Both the position numbers and the translations under genes were made by a program. Shown piece by piece: positions 9,285 to 18,388 of a stretch of 64,000 nt of DNA. Positions within the stretch are counted from its first letter, which is position 1, and every line of letters starts with the position of its first letter. The stretch spans positions 32,001 through 96,000 of the forward strand of contig CAVTRY010000022.1 of assembly GCA_963737265.1 (NCBI GenBank), in the 5' to 3' direction. Source of the stretch: an uncultured delta proteobacterium. GTDB taxonomy: Bacteria; Myxococcota_A; Polyangia; Fen-1088. The notes beneath the pieces were generated by a model that saw nothing but the letters and a program-made list of their open reading frames with translations, was not told where the DNA came from and ran no database searches.

Positions 9285-10702
9285 GCACCAAATTGCAGAC
9301 CAGTCGGGTCGGCGATCTCGTGGGGGAGAAATACCGCATCCTTCGTATCATCGCGGAAGGCGGAATGGGCGTCGTGTATGAGGCGCAGCACGCAGTGGTC
9401 AAGCGACGCTTCGCCATCAAGTTTCTACGCACCGATCTCGCCGACCGCCGCGATCTGCTGACCAGGTTTCATCGCGAGGCAGAGTCCGCCGGGGCGCTCG
9501 AGAGCGAGCACATCGCGGCGGCCATCGACTTTGGCATTCATGGCGATGGCACGCCCTACATCGTGATGGAATATCTCGTCGGTGAGAGCCTTGCTGCGCT
9601 GCTTGCGCGGGATGGGCGCCTGCCAGTGGGGCGCGCGGTCGACCTGTGTCTTCAGGCGTGCAAGGGCGTGCAGGCGGCGCACAGTGCGGGCATCGTCCAC
9701 CGCGACCTCAAGCCAGAGAATCTGTTTGTCACTCGACGCGAGGACGGCAGCGACGTCGTCAAGGTGCTCGACTTTGGCGTTGCGAAGCTGGAGCAGGCCG
9801 AGATCAGCCACGCGGCGACGACCACGGGAACCATTCTTGGAACGCCAGCTTACATGTCGCCCGAGCAAGCGCGCGGCGACAAGAGCATCGATCACAGAAC
9901 CGACGTTTACGGATTGGCGGCCATCTTGTTCGAGATGCTCTCGGGAAAGAAGCCTCATCCGGGGGATTCCCCCAATGCGATCCTGCACCACATTGCCACG
10001 CAACCTGCTCTGCCCCTAGCTTCGGTCGAGCCCGATCTACCGCCGCTGCTCGTGGACACGGTCGAGCGCGCTTTGTCATGCGATCGAAGCCAGCGCCACG
10101 CTTCCGCGGAAGCGCTGGGACTTGCGCTCGTGCCATTCACGAAGCGCGAGGTGTGGCCTGCGGCGAATGGTTCCGACCCGATTTCCGAGGTGGCCGCGGC
10201 ATCGCCCGTGCCGGGTTGGCGGTCGGCGGACTTCGAGAGTCCCACCGTTCCTGCTTCGGGGAAGCCGGCACGGCCTCGCCGACACCCGTGGACCATCGCC
10301 GCGGTTGGCGCCGGACTGGTCGCCCTGGCCGTCATTGCGATCTTGGTGGGAGCGAGGAGCACCCAACCTCCGAACGTGACGCAGACCGCGCCCGACAATG
10401 GCCACCGCCCCATCGTGCCTACGCCAGCCGAGCTGCCGGCGCCCGCGCCCGTGCCGGCCGAAACAGCGGTCCTTGCGCCCAACAGCGAGCAGGTGGCAAC
10501 GACCAGCGAGCCTCCGCCGTCCCACTTGGGCGACCGTCCGCGGCCCGCGCGGAGTCGCGCCGAACGTCCGATCGGACGTCCCACCGAACGTCCAGGAGAG
10601 ATTCGGGATTCCACGCCGTCGCTTTCCGCCCCACCGCCCGGTTCCTCGCAAGCGCACTCGGCGCCCGTCACTTTCGACCCGCACAATCCGTACGGAGACT
10701 GA
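9281..10702 (+). CDS. Membrane Ser/Thr protein kinase
   Basis: EGGMGVVY, HRDLKPEN, DFG, YMSPE; TM IAAVGAGLVALAVIAILVGA; Pro-rich tail ending FDPHNPYGD. Close paralog of the kinase part of 3648-6074. Confidence 0.95.
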   Translation: MSTKLQTSRVGDLVGEKYRILRIIAEGGMGVVYEAQHAVVKRRFAIKFLRTDLADRRDLLTRFHREAESAGALESEHIAAAIDFGIHGDGTPYIVMEYLVGESLAALLARDGRLPVGRAVDLCLQACKGVQAAHSAGIVHRDLKPENLFVTRREDGSDVVKVLDFGVAKLEQAEISHAATTTGTILGTPAYMSPEQARGDKSIDHRTDVYGLAAILFEMLSGKKPHPGDSPNAILHHIATQPALPLASVEPDLPPLLVDTVERALSCDRSQRHASAEALGLALVPFTKREVWPAANGSDPISEVAAASPVPGWRSADFESPTVPASGKPARPRRHPWTIAAVGAGLVALAVIAILVGARSTQPPNVTQTAPDNGHRPIVPTPAELPAPAPVPAETAVLAPNSEQVATTSEPPPSHLGDRPRPARSRAERPIGRPTERPGEIRDSTPSLSAPPPGSSQAHSAPVTFDPHNPYGD

Positions 10703-10703
10703 G

Positions 10704-11861
10704 ATGGCATACGATGTGCTGACCAATTCCCACCAGGGGCGCACGTCGCGGATTCTAATCATCATAATGGTGGTGCTCGGTTGGACAAGGACAGCACGGA
10801 CAGCCGAGCCATCACCTGAAGACGCACGTGAGGCGGCGAGACTGCACTACGCTCGTGGGCTCGAGCTGGCCGGCCAGGCCGACTACGAGGCCGCGCTGCG
10901 AGAGTTTACCGAGGCGTACGCGGTCAGCCCACACTTTGCCGTTCTCTACAACATCGGTCAGGCCGAGTTCGCGCTCGGCCGTCCCCAGGAAGCCATCGAA
11001 AGCCTATCCAGGTACCTGCGCGACGGTCAGGAGCAGATCCCGCCGACGCGGCGCCAGGACGTGCAGGCACAAATCGCACTTCTGGAGTCCCTTTTTGCCG
11101 AGCTGACGATCAACGCCGACCGTTCGGGTGTGCTGATCGCAGTCGATGGTCGCGAGATCGGCCGCACTCCCCTCTACCAGAGCATCAGGCTTGCGACCGG
11201 GACGCACAGGGTTGCCGCCACCCTGGAAGGAACGGAGACAATCAATCGAACCGTGACGCTCGTACCGGGGGATCGCCAGGTTCTGACCCTGGAGATGCCC
11301 GCTCCACCCGTGGCGGCGGCGAAGGTCGCGCAGGTTGAACCTGCGCCAGCCGTGCTTCCACCCGCAGGCGCGCCGACGGCGTTTGGGGCCGAGGCGGGCC
11401 CGAAAGCTCTACCCGAGTCGGCACTTGAGCGGCGAGTTGAGCCCGGCACACAAGCTCGGCGGCGCACGATGTCCATCTTGGGGTATTCAGCCGCTGGGGT
11501 GGGCGTGGCGCTTGGCGGCGCGGCACTTGGCGTGTACCTGTGGAATCGTGGTCGCTATCAGGATTGGCAAGACAACAACGCGGCTCTTCAGCAAGACAAG
11601 GGCGCGATCGACTTCCACGCCCGTCAGATGGCGAACAACCAGCTCGCCGACTCGCTCACGCGGGCCAACCATGTCATCGTGGGCCTGTCCATCGCTGGCG
11701 GAGTGCTCCTTGTGGGAGGTGTCGTACTCTGGGCGCGCGATCGGCTCCGGGGTGCGAACGAAGTGGAGGCTTCACCGGGCAAGACAGTTTCCGGCATCAG
11801 CATGGGATTGGCCTGGCAAGGGCGCTCGTCGGCAAACATTTCCTGGAGTGCTCCGTGGTAG
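10704..11861 (+). CDS. TPR + PEGA domain secreted/membrane protein
   Basis: Start MAYDVLT just after the kinase stop; TPR-like AARLHYARGLEL...VLYNIGQAE; PEGA IAVDGREIGRTPL; two hydrophobic helices and a terminal Trp. Confidence 0.85.
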   Translation: MAYDVLTNSHQGRTSRILIIIMVVLGWTRTARTAEPSPEDAREAARLHYARGLELAGQADYEAALREFTEAYAVSPHFAVLYNIGQAEFALGRPQEAIESLSRYLRDGQEQIPPTRRQDVQAQIALLESLFAELTINADRSGVLIAVDGREIGRTPLYQSIRLATGTHRVAATLEGTETINRTVTLVPGDRQVLTLEMPAPPVAAAKVAQVEPAPAVLPPAGAPTAFGAEAGPKALPESALERRVEPGTQARRRTMSILGYSAAGVGVALGGAALGVYLWNRGRYQDWQDNNAALQQDKGAIDFHARQMANNQLADSLTRANHVIVGLSIAGGVLLVGGVVLWARDRLRGANEVEASPGKTVSGISMGLAWQGRSSANISWSAPW

Positions 11862-11881
11862 CGGCGCTAACCGCCACACGA

Positions 11882-12577
11882 ATGCGCGGAATTGGATTTC
11901 TCCTACCTACCCTGGTACTTCAGGCCTGCTTTGACGTGCACCAGGTCGATCCAGGCAATGGACGCTTCGTCATCGACGACTTCGAAGACGGCGACCCGCT
12001 GCCCAAGGCTACGCCTCTGTTTCGCCAATGGCAGTGCTACACGTACAATCCGAACATTGGACAAGACCCGGCTCAGATTCAGACTGTGAGTTGCGACGTG
12101 AGGCCCCCCGGCGACAAAAGTGACTACGCAATGGTTACCAAGTTCGCTCTGCATAATTTACCCAATGAGGATTTGCAAGGCGGGGCTGCCTTGGTGACGA
12201 GTGCCGACCCAATGGTCGATCTCAATGGCTACCAGAACCTCGTCTTCAACTTGAGGGTCGATTTCGGCGATCTTCCTTCGACCAGCTTTGCATACGTGGC
12301 TCTCGACTGCGATTCAGTCACGGCGGAGAGTAAAAAGGTGGAAACCGACTTATTCCAAGTTGAGCAGCGGATCCCAGCCCCCAGCAATAGCTGGTCGACA
12401 ATTACACTGCCGCTGTCGAAGTTCGCCCAGCCCACATGGCAGAACAACCGCTTCGCTGACGGAACACAAGCATGTCTGGCCGTCGTCGATAGCATCAACT
12501 TTGGGGTCAACGGACAACTAGTGGGTGACCAATCGGGACATGGAGTTATCTACCTTGACGACGTCTCTTTGCAGTAG
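11882..12577 (+). CDS. Lipoprotein with CBM11/galactose-binding-like domain
   Basis: Lipobox-like LVLQAC; VIDDFEDGD, VDLNGYQNLVF, WSTITLPLSKF, IYLDDVSLQ pattern typical of CBM11/CIA30-like beta-sandwiches. Confidence 0.65.
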   Translation: MRGIGFLLPTLVLQACFDVHQVDPGNGRFVIDDFEDGDPLPKATPLFRQWQCYTYNPNIGQDPAQIQTVSCDVRPPGDKSDYAMVTKFALHNLPNEDLQGGAALVTSADPMVDLNGYQNLVFNLRVDFGDLPSTSFAYVALDCDSVTAESKKVETDLFQVEQRIPAPSNSWSTITLPLSKFAQPTWQNNRFADGTQACLAVVDSINFGVNGQLVGDQSGHGVIYLDDVSLQ

Positions 12578-12581
12578 CTTG

Positions 12582-13451
12582 ATGGCGCATCCAGGCGTGC
12601 GCCCGACAGCAGCATGGACGCTCGCGACTTGCCTTCTGTCCGGAATAGCGGCGTGCTCTGGTGGGACAGCAGGTACCAGCTATACGAAGATCGACGATAT
12701 GGAAGGCACCAGTGGTCTGATCGAGTGGATCCCCCCGACAGGCAACCCGGGCGCTTGGACCTCGTACACCGATACCCAGTGTGACCGAATCCTGCCAATG
12801 CCGGTCTATGCCGGAGGAACTTGGTCGTATGAGCCGGTGCCAGAGTACCAGACCTTCCCAGGAATCACCAGTAAAGCCGCCGCGCGCCTGCGCACCACCT
12901 CGCCGCTGATCAACCAGTTGGGTGCGGGTATCGCGTTCGATTTTGCAGACCTGACTCAGGCGCCCAATGACGCCGGGGCGTCCGCAGGTATACCCGCATG
13001 CATTCCTTTCTATCAGTACACTAAGAACACGCCATCGGTGACGGTCGATCTAACCGCCTACAGGGGCATCTCCTTCTGGGGCATGGCCAGCCCAGGCGCG
13101 GGCACCGGACGTGTCTATCTCAACGTCGTGGACAACCAGACCGATCCACGTGGGGAATTCTGCGTTCCCGACCCCACCAGCGCCCTAGGCTGTAACACCG
13201 TGTCCCGGTTTCCAGTTGATCTCACCAGCACATTTACCCAGTACACCGTCGATTTTTCCCAACTCAGGCGGGATGTAGGTTGGAGTTACCATGCTACCCC
13301 CGACGTTCTCGACCTCGAGAAAGTCTATTCCCTTTGGTTCCAAGTAGAAAACCCCGGCGGCAACTGTCCCCCTCCCTCGGTCTGCGCGGGGCAGCCACCG
13401 AGCCTCACCTTCGACTTCTGGATCGACGATCTGTACTTCGTCAACAAGTGA
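12582..13451 (+). CDS. Lipoprotein with CBM11-like domain
   Basis: Lipobox IAAC; IDDMEG, VDLTAYRGISFW, FTQYTVDFSQL, FDFWIDDLYF. Confidence 0.7.
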   Translation: MAHPGVRPTAAWTLATCLLSGIAACSGGTAGTSYTKIDDMEGTSGLIEWIPPTGNPGAWTSYTDTQCDRILPMPVYAGGTWSYEPVPEYQTFPGITSKAAARLRTTSPLINQLGAGIAFDFADLTQAPNDAGASAGIPACIPFYQYTKNTPSVTVDLTAYRGISFWGMASPGAGTGRVYLNVVDNQTDPRGEFCVPDPTSALGCNTVSRFPVDLTSTFTQYTVDFSQLRRDVGWSYHATPDVLDLEKVYSLWFQVENPGGNCPPPSVCAGQPPSLTFDFWIDDLYFVNK

Positions 13452-13486
13452 GCCAGCGAAGCATCCATGCTATCATTGATATCAAT

Positions 13487-13717
13487 ATGGCGCAGCTCAT
13501 CGTGAGGGACATTCCCCAGCAGGTGGTTAGCCGACTCAAGCAGCGAGCCGCAAGTCGCGGACATTCAGCCGAAGAAGAGCATCGCGAGATCCTCAAGCAG
13601 GCGCTGCTCCCGCCGCCAGCACCCTCGTTGAAAACGATGCTGTGCGAAATTCCCGATGTGGGGCGCGACTCCGACTTCGGACGACCGCGACGCTTGGGGC
13701 GGCGAGTTGCGTGGTGA
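13487..13717 (+). CDS. FitA-like ribbon-helix-helix antitoxin
   Basis: MAQLIVRDIPQQVVSRLKQRAASRGHSAEEEHREIL; stop overlaps the PIN gene start. Confidence 0.85.
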   Translation: MAQLIVRDIPQQVVSRLKQRAASRGHSAEEEHREILKQALLPPPAPSLKTMLCEIPDVGRDSDFGRPRRLGRRVAW

Positions 13718-14139
13718 AGGGCTTTCTGATCGATACAAACGTCCTCTCGGAACTACGCAAAGGCGCACGCGCCGATGTCAACGTTCGGCGGTGGTTCGAG
13801 GGAATTGATGAGAGCTCAATCTTCTTGAGCCTCTTGGTCACAGGCGAGATTCGGCGCGGGATCGAGTCAATCCGGAAGCGCGATCCGCGCGCTGCCTCGA
13901 CACTGGAACGCTGGCTCGACAACGTGATGGAGGCGCATTCCGAGCGCGTCCTGCCGGTCGACGCCGCGACTGCGGACGAGTGGGGGAGGCTCGACGCTCG
14001 AGGGAGCTTGCCAGTTGTAGACGGATTGCTAGCTGCGACGGCACGGGTACACGACCTGACGCTGGTCACTCGCAACGTGAAGGATGTTGTCCGAACCGGC
14101 GCCGACGTGCTCGATCCCTTCTCCGCGACAGCGCGTTAA
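13714..14139 (+). CDS. vapC: VapC/FitB-family PIN toxin
   Basis: FLIDTNVLSELRK, GEIRRGI, VDGLLAATA, LVTRNVKD PIN motifs. Confidence 0.9.
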   Translation: MKGFLIDTNVLSELRKGARADVNVRRWFEGIDESSIFLSLLVTGEIRRGIESIRKRDPRAASTLERWLDNVMEAHSERVLPVDAATADEWGRLDARGSLPVVDGLLAATARVHDLTLVTRNVKDVVRTGADVLDPFSATAR

Positions 14140-14281
14140 GTCGCGGGTGGAGTCGTCATGCCAGTGTCTCGCCTGGCTGCAAGGCAAGTCATCGGCACTC
14201 TTCTGCGCACAAAGGCACTAAACGGAGCGGACCGATAGCTCGGCAACAGGTGAGCCGCCGACATGGCCTCGGGACTCTTGT

Positions 14282-14296
14282 TGGTACGGTCGTTGC
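14282..14296 (+). promoter_or_regulatory. Putative sigma54 promoter of the clan GH-A hydrolase gene
   Basis: TGGTAC-GGTCG-TTGC, followed by an AGGAGG RBS (14310-14315) and GTG at 14325. Confidence 0.7.
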
Positions 14297-14324
14297 TTCG
14301 GCTTCGTATAGGAGGAACTAACAC

Positions 14325-16463
14325 GTGACAAAACGTCTTTTGAAACCGGCGTCGGACACCTTCGCATTAGCCGCCACCATGGCGTGCCGACTCTTGCTTC
14401 TAGCCGAGGTCGCCGCCTGCTCGAGCCAGCCCCTCGCGAGCAGCGACGGCGGAAACGGCGGAAACGCCGACGGCAGCCTTGCCGACATCGTTGCCCAGCC
14501 AGTCAGTGGCACCATCATCGTATCGGCCGCCGCGCGCAAGCCACGCACGACGACCTGGTCGGTAAATTACTGGAATTGGATGCCGAGCTACGGCGATGAC
14601 GTGACCGGGACTGAGACGGAGATCGCCGCGCTCAAGCCGGCCGTCATGCGCATCGGTGGGTACAACAACGATGCGAACACCGCCGACCCCTTCGACAATG
14701 CCCAACTCGACCGGGCTGTTGCGTACGCGCGCGCCATCGGCGCCGAGCCCCTCATCCAGGTGCCGCTCCTCGCCGACGTCGACGGCAGCCCGCCGACCGC
14801 CGCTACGGCGGCCGCCATGGTGAGGTATGCAAACGTGACGAAGGGCTACGGAATCAAGTATTTCTCCGTCGGTAACGAACCCGACCTGTACGCGACGCAA
14901 GGCTCCCTGACCGACCCGGCGCAGCCAGCTTTCCCCAACTACAAGCCATCCGACTACTGCGCGTCGGCGCGGGCCTATGTGACGGCCATGAAAGCGGCCG
15001 ATGGAACGATAGCGATAATCGGCCCCGATTTGTCCTGGCATTACATCCCTGGCAACGATTGGCTCACGCCGATCCTCCAAGGCTGCGGCGATCTCTTCGA
15101 TGTCGTCGCTATCCATCGCTACCCATTCAACTCGAAGCAGGCGACGCTCGCTGCCGCCAGCGGCGACGCGACGTCATTTGCCAGCACTCTCACGTCGGTT
15201 CGGGCGCTCATACGGGCGGCCGGCTACGGCGACAAGCCGTTGGCGATCACCGAGATGAACATCGCGTACGACTCGACGGCTTGCCAGCTCGGCGCATCGT
15301 CAGGCACGATTGGCTCGGCGCTGTGGCTGGCGGACGGGCTAGGGACGGCCATCGAAAATAGTCTCTGGACATCCGCGCTTTGGGACATTGGCGACGACGA
15401 CCTGTGGGCACTTGGCCTTATCGGTCCGCACCCGCTGCATCAGCCGCGCCCGGAGTACTACGCGTATCAACTCTATGCCGATCACTTTGGCCCAACGCTC
15501 GTCGACGTTACGCAGTCGCCAGCGAATGTCCGTGCCTACGCCAGCCGCAATCAGGCCGACGATACGACCCTACTCATCATCGTCAATTGGAGCACGTTGT
15601 CCGCGCCGCTGGCCGTTCAGGTGACGGGGCTTAGCGCGGCCCCGGCGCCGGCACTTTATACGGTGCCGGGTTTGTCGATCTCTGCGGTGGAGATTGCGGA
15701 CAACGGCGCCACCACGGCGTGGACCTACAGCGACGAGCAGCATCGGGTCGGTCAGGGGCCGGTTCCGCTTGCAGCGGGTGCGAGCACAGCAAGGGACGGT
15801 GGCCTTCCTCAGCTCACCAACGCGTGTTCCGCCGATGCGGCTTTCGTCTGCCCCAAGGTCGTGCTTTCGAGCGCGTCGATTACAACGGCGGTCGCGACCT
15901 CTGGAGACACGCTGCTCTTCGGCACCCCACCTTACCAATGGCAGTCGTACACCTACGGCTCAAACGGGCAGACCGCGCCGACCATTGGGTTGACGCCCGA
16001 CGGGAATGGCATCGTGATTGCGGGCGCGTTCGTCCCTCCGATCAGCCAAAATTGGATGGGCACGGGGCTCTACTTCAATGGTGCGAGCTGCATCGACGGA
16101 TCGACCTATACCGGCGTGTCCTTTGACTTCTCGGGCACTCTCGGCGACTGCACGCTGGCGGTCGGGGCGAACTTTAGCGGCGACTCCACCTCGACGGACG
16201 CGCCAGGACGCGGTAGCTGCCCCTTCGCCAGCGACTCGAATTGCTATCCCCCAATGGTCGTGGTGACTCCACCTTCCGCATTAGACGGCGGCCCAACCGG
16301 AACCACGACGTTCAAGGTCCCCTTCGCCTTGATGGGCAGCGGCAGTCCGACCCCCAAGATCGACCCATCCACAATCATCACCGTGCAATGGCAGCTAGGC
16401 GCGCGCAGCGGGGGTCCGGGCTGTTCGGCAAGCTTCACGGTCGAAAACGTCGCGTTTTATTAG
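14325..16463 (+). CDS. Clan GH-A glycoside hydrolase lipoprotein (GH44/GH51/GH79-like) with C-terminal CBM-like domain
   Basis: Lipobox VAAC; MRIGG, YFSVGNEPDLY (acid/base), AIHRYP, LAITEMN (nucleophile); C-terminal domain CIDGSTYTGVSF...VQWQ. Exact family not determinable by eye. Confidence 0.75.
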   Translation: MTKRLLKPASDTFALAATMACRLLLLAEVAACSSQPLASSDGGNGGNADGSLADIVAQPVSGTIIVSAAARKPRTTTWSVNYWNWMPSYGDDVTGTETEIAALKPAVMRIGGYNNDANTADPFDNAQLDRAVAYARAIGAEPLIQVPLLADVDGSPPTAATAAAMVRYANVTKGYGIKYFSVGNEPDLYATQGSLTDPAQPAFPNYKPSDYCASARAYVTAMKAADGTIAIIGPDLSWHYIPGNDWLTPILQGCGDLFDVVAIHRYPFNSKQATLAAASGDATSFASTLTSVRALIRAAGYGDKPLAITEMNIAYDSTACQLGASSGTIGSALWLADGLGTAIENSLWTSALWDIGDDDLWALGLIGPHPLHQPRPEYYAYQLYADHFGPTLVDVTQSPANVRAYASRNQADDTTLLIIVNWSTLSAPLAVQVTGLSAAPAPALYTVPGLSISAVEIADNGATTAWTYSDEQHRVGQGPVPLAAGASTARDGGLPQLTNACSADAAFVCPKVVLSSASITTAVATSGDTLLFGTPPYQWQSYTYGSNGQTAPTIGLTPDGNGIVIAGAFVPPISQNWMGTGLYFNGASCIDGSTYTGVSFDFSGTLGDCTLAVGANFSGDSTSTDAPGRGSCPFASDSNCYPPMVVVTPPSALDGGPTGTTTFKVPFALMGSGSPTPKIDPSTIITVQWQLGARSGGPGCSASFTVENVAFY

Positions 16464-16605
16464 CCCCAAAACCGACGCCAAGGTTGTTACAAAAAGTTTA
16501 CATGCCACGGCTGGCCAAACCGCGGCGTTCCTAGCATAACTCGGCTGTCACGACTTAACACCCATAGCCAATCTTAAGCCAATCTTAGGTTGTACCCTCC
16601 GAAAC

Positions 16606-16643
16606 ACAGCCATCTGCCCCTGCAATATGGGGCAGATGGCTGT
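16606..16643. repeat. Perfect 15-bp inverted repeat (hairpin or operator)
   Basis: ACAGCCATCTGCCCC-tgcaatat-GGGGCAGATGGCTGT in the intergenic region upstream of the GH6 gene at 16892. Confidence 0.8.
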
Positions 16644-16818
16644 TTGCTTGTGCGCTGCAAAAACGGACGACATGGACGTCCGGCGGACGTCCGGCCCCGT
16701 CCGGCCCGACGTCCACTTGACCCGCGCGCGGCACACGCGCAGTATCTTTCCGGCGGCCGTGAAGATAAGCGCCGCGCTCTATTGGTGCGAATCGAAATTG
16801 GGACCGCGGCATCAGTAT

Positions 16819-16833
16819 TGGTCCATGAGTTGC
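16819..16833 (+). promoter_or_regulatory. Putative sigma54 promoter of the GH6 lipoprotein gene
   Basis: TGGTCC-ATGAG-TTGC (GG-N10-GC spacing), about 60 bp upstream of ATG 16892. Confidence 0.6.
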
Positions 16834-16891
16834 AACTCGGGCAAAGCGCAACTGGACTCATCCGGAATGCACTTACAGAAAGGACGAAACT

Positions 16892-18328
16892 ATGAAGACA
16901 CGAACAATTGTAGCAATGCTGACCTTTGGCGGTTTACTTGGAGTAACGGGCTGTGACGGCGATTCGGCTGGCACCGCCACCCCCGAGGCAACCGCGAAGC
17001 TCGCAGCGGAAACGAAACCAACGCCCAGCCGTCGTCTCGATCCAGGCACGGAATTCTACGTGCCGGCGCCGGACGATGGGGCCGTGGCGCAAGCATGGGA
17101 GCTATTGAAGTCGAGGGATCTGCACGATGCGCGCAAGTTAATGGCCTTGGTCACCACGCCGCATGCGGCCTGGTTTACCAGTGGGTCGCCGGACGAGGTC
17201 AAGCGGGCCGTTCATCAAACCATGGAGGCCGCCGAGCGCGAACACCGCGTGCCGGTGCTGGTTGCCTACAATCTGCCCTATCGCGATTGCGCCCAGTACT
17301 CATCAGGTGGAGCCACGGACACCGCCGCGTACGAGGCATGGATCGACGGCTTCGCGCAAGGCATTGGCAGGAGGAAGGCGGTCGTCATCCTCGAACCTGA
17401 CGGCCTCGGCCTTATCCCCTACAACACGACAATCAATAATGTCGCCGAGTGGTGCAAACCCACGGTCACGGATTCCGCAGGCAACACGATTCCCGCGCCA
17501 GGGGCAAGCCCAGCCGACCGCTACGCGCAGATCAACTACGCCGTCGACAGTATCGAGGGCCACGCGCCACAGGCATCGGTCTATCTTGATGCCGGACACA
17601 GCGCTTGGCTAGGCGTGGGGGAGGCCGCCTACCGCCTCGCCAAGGCGGGCGTCGCGCGGGCGCAGGGATTCTTCCTCAACGTGTCGAACTACCAATTGAC
17701 GAGCGATTCGATTCAGTTTGGGACCTGGGTATCGATGGCCATCGCCGCGCCGTCGGGCGCTCCTTCGTGGGCCTTCGACAGCAGTGGCAATTTCCACTTC
17801 GATTGGCTTCCGAGTCAGTACGACCCCGCGACGAATTACACCATGGTCAACTACAGCCCGGCCTTCGCGGCGACGGTGACGGCGGGGATTCAGTCATTCA
17901 TGGGCAGCGCGGTGGCGACAACGCAATTTGTGATCGACACCGGTCGCAACGGACAGGGGCCACTCAACACCGCGCCGTACGCCCTCGCGCCCTACAATCA
18001 GTCCGCAGCTGTCATCAGCGGACTCAATTCGGGCGCTTGGTGCAATGCCTATGGCGCGGGCGTGGGACTGCGTCCGTCGGCCAATACCGGGGTTGCGCTT
18101 CTCGATGCCTATCTTTGGGTGAAGGTCCCCGGCGAGTCAGACGGCAGCTGTGACATTGCCGGTGGCGCTCGCGCCTGGGACTACACCGCATACAATCCCT
18201 GGGGGCTGACCGGCGATGCGCAAAATCATTTCGATCCACTGTGGGGCGTGGTCGACGCTCCGGCGGGCGCGTGGCTCGCCGCGCAGGCGCTGCAACTGGC
18301 GAAGAACGCAGACCCAAGCTGGCGCTAG
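16892..18328 (+). CDS. Glycoside hydrolase family 6 lipoprotein
   Basis: Lipobox VTGC; YNLPYRDC, ILEPDG, YLDAGHSAWL, DTGRNG, WCN, WVKVPGESDG. Close paralog of the GH6 part of the kinase fusion. Confidence 0.93.
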   Translation: MKTRTIVAMLTFGGLLGVTGCDGDSAGTATPEATAKLAAETKPTPSRRLDPGTEFYVPAPDDGAVAQAWELLKSRDLHDARKLMALVTTPHAAWFTSGSPDEVKRAVHQTMEAAEREHRVPVLVAYNLPYRDCAQYSSGGATDTAAYEAWIDGFAQGIGRRKAVVILEPDGLGLIPYNTTINNVAEWCKPTVTDSAGNTIPAPGASPADRYAQINYAVDSIEGHAPQASVYLDAGHSAWLGVGEAAYRLAKAGVARAQGFFLNVSNYQLTSDSIQFGTWVSMAIAAPSGAPSWAFDSSGNFHFDWLPSQYDPATNYTMVNYSPAFAATVTAGIQSFMGSAVATTQFVIDTGRNGQGPLNTAPYALAPYNQSAAVISGLNSGAWCNAYGAGVGLRPSANTGVALLDAYLWVKVPGESDGSCDIAGGARAWDYTAYNPWGLTGDAQNHFDPLWGVVDAPAGAWLAAQALQLAKNADPSWR

Positions 18329-18388
18329 CTGGCCCCGACTAGTGCGGCTCTCTCCCCTTCGTGGGCGGGAGCCGCCTTGGTTCCGCAT

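Noticed and set aside
18344-18375. Terminator hairpin between convergent GH6 and esterase genes
   Set aside because: A stem is present (GCGGCTC/GAGCCGC) but there is no U-tract; plausible yet unsupported.
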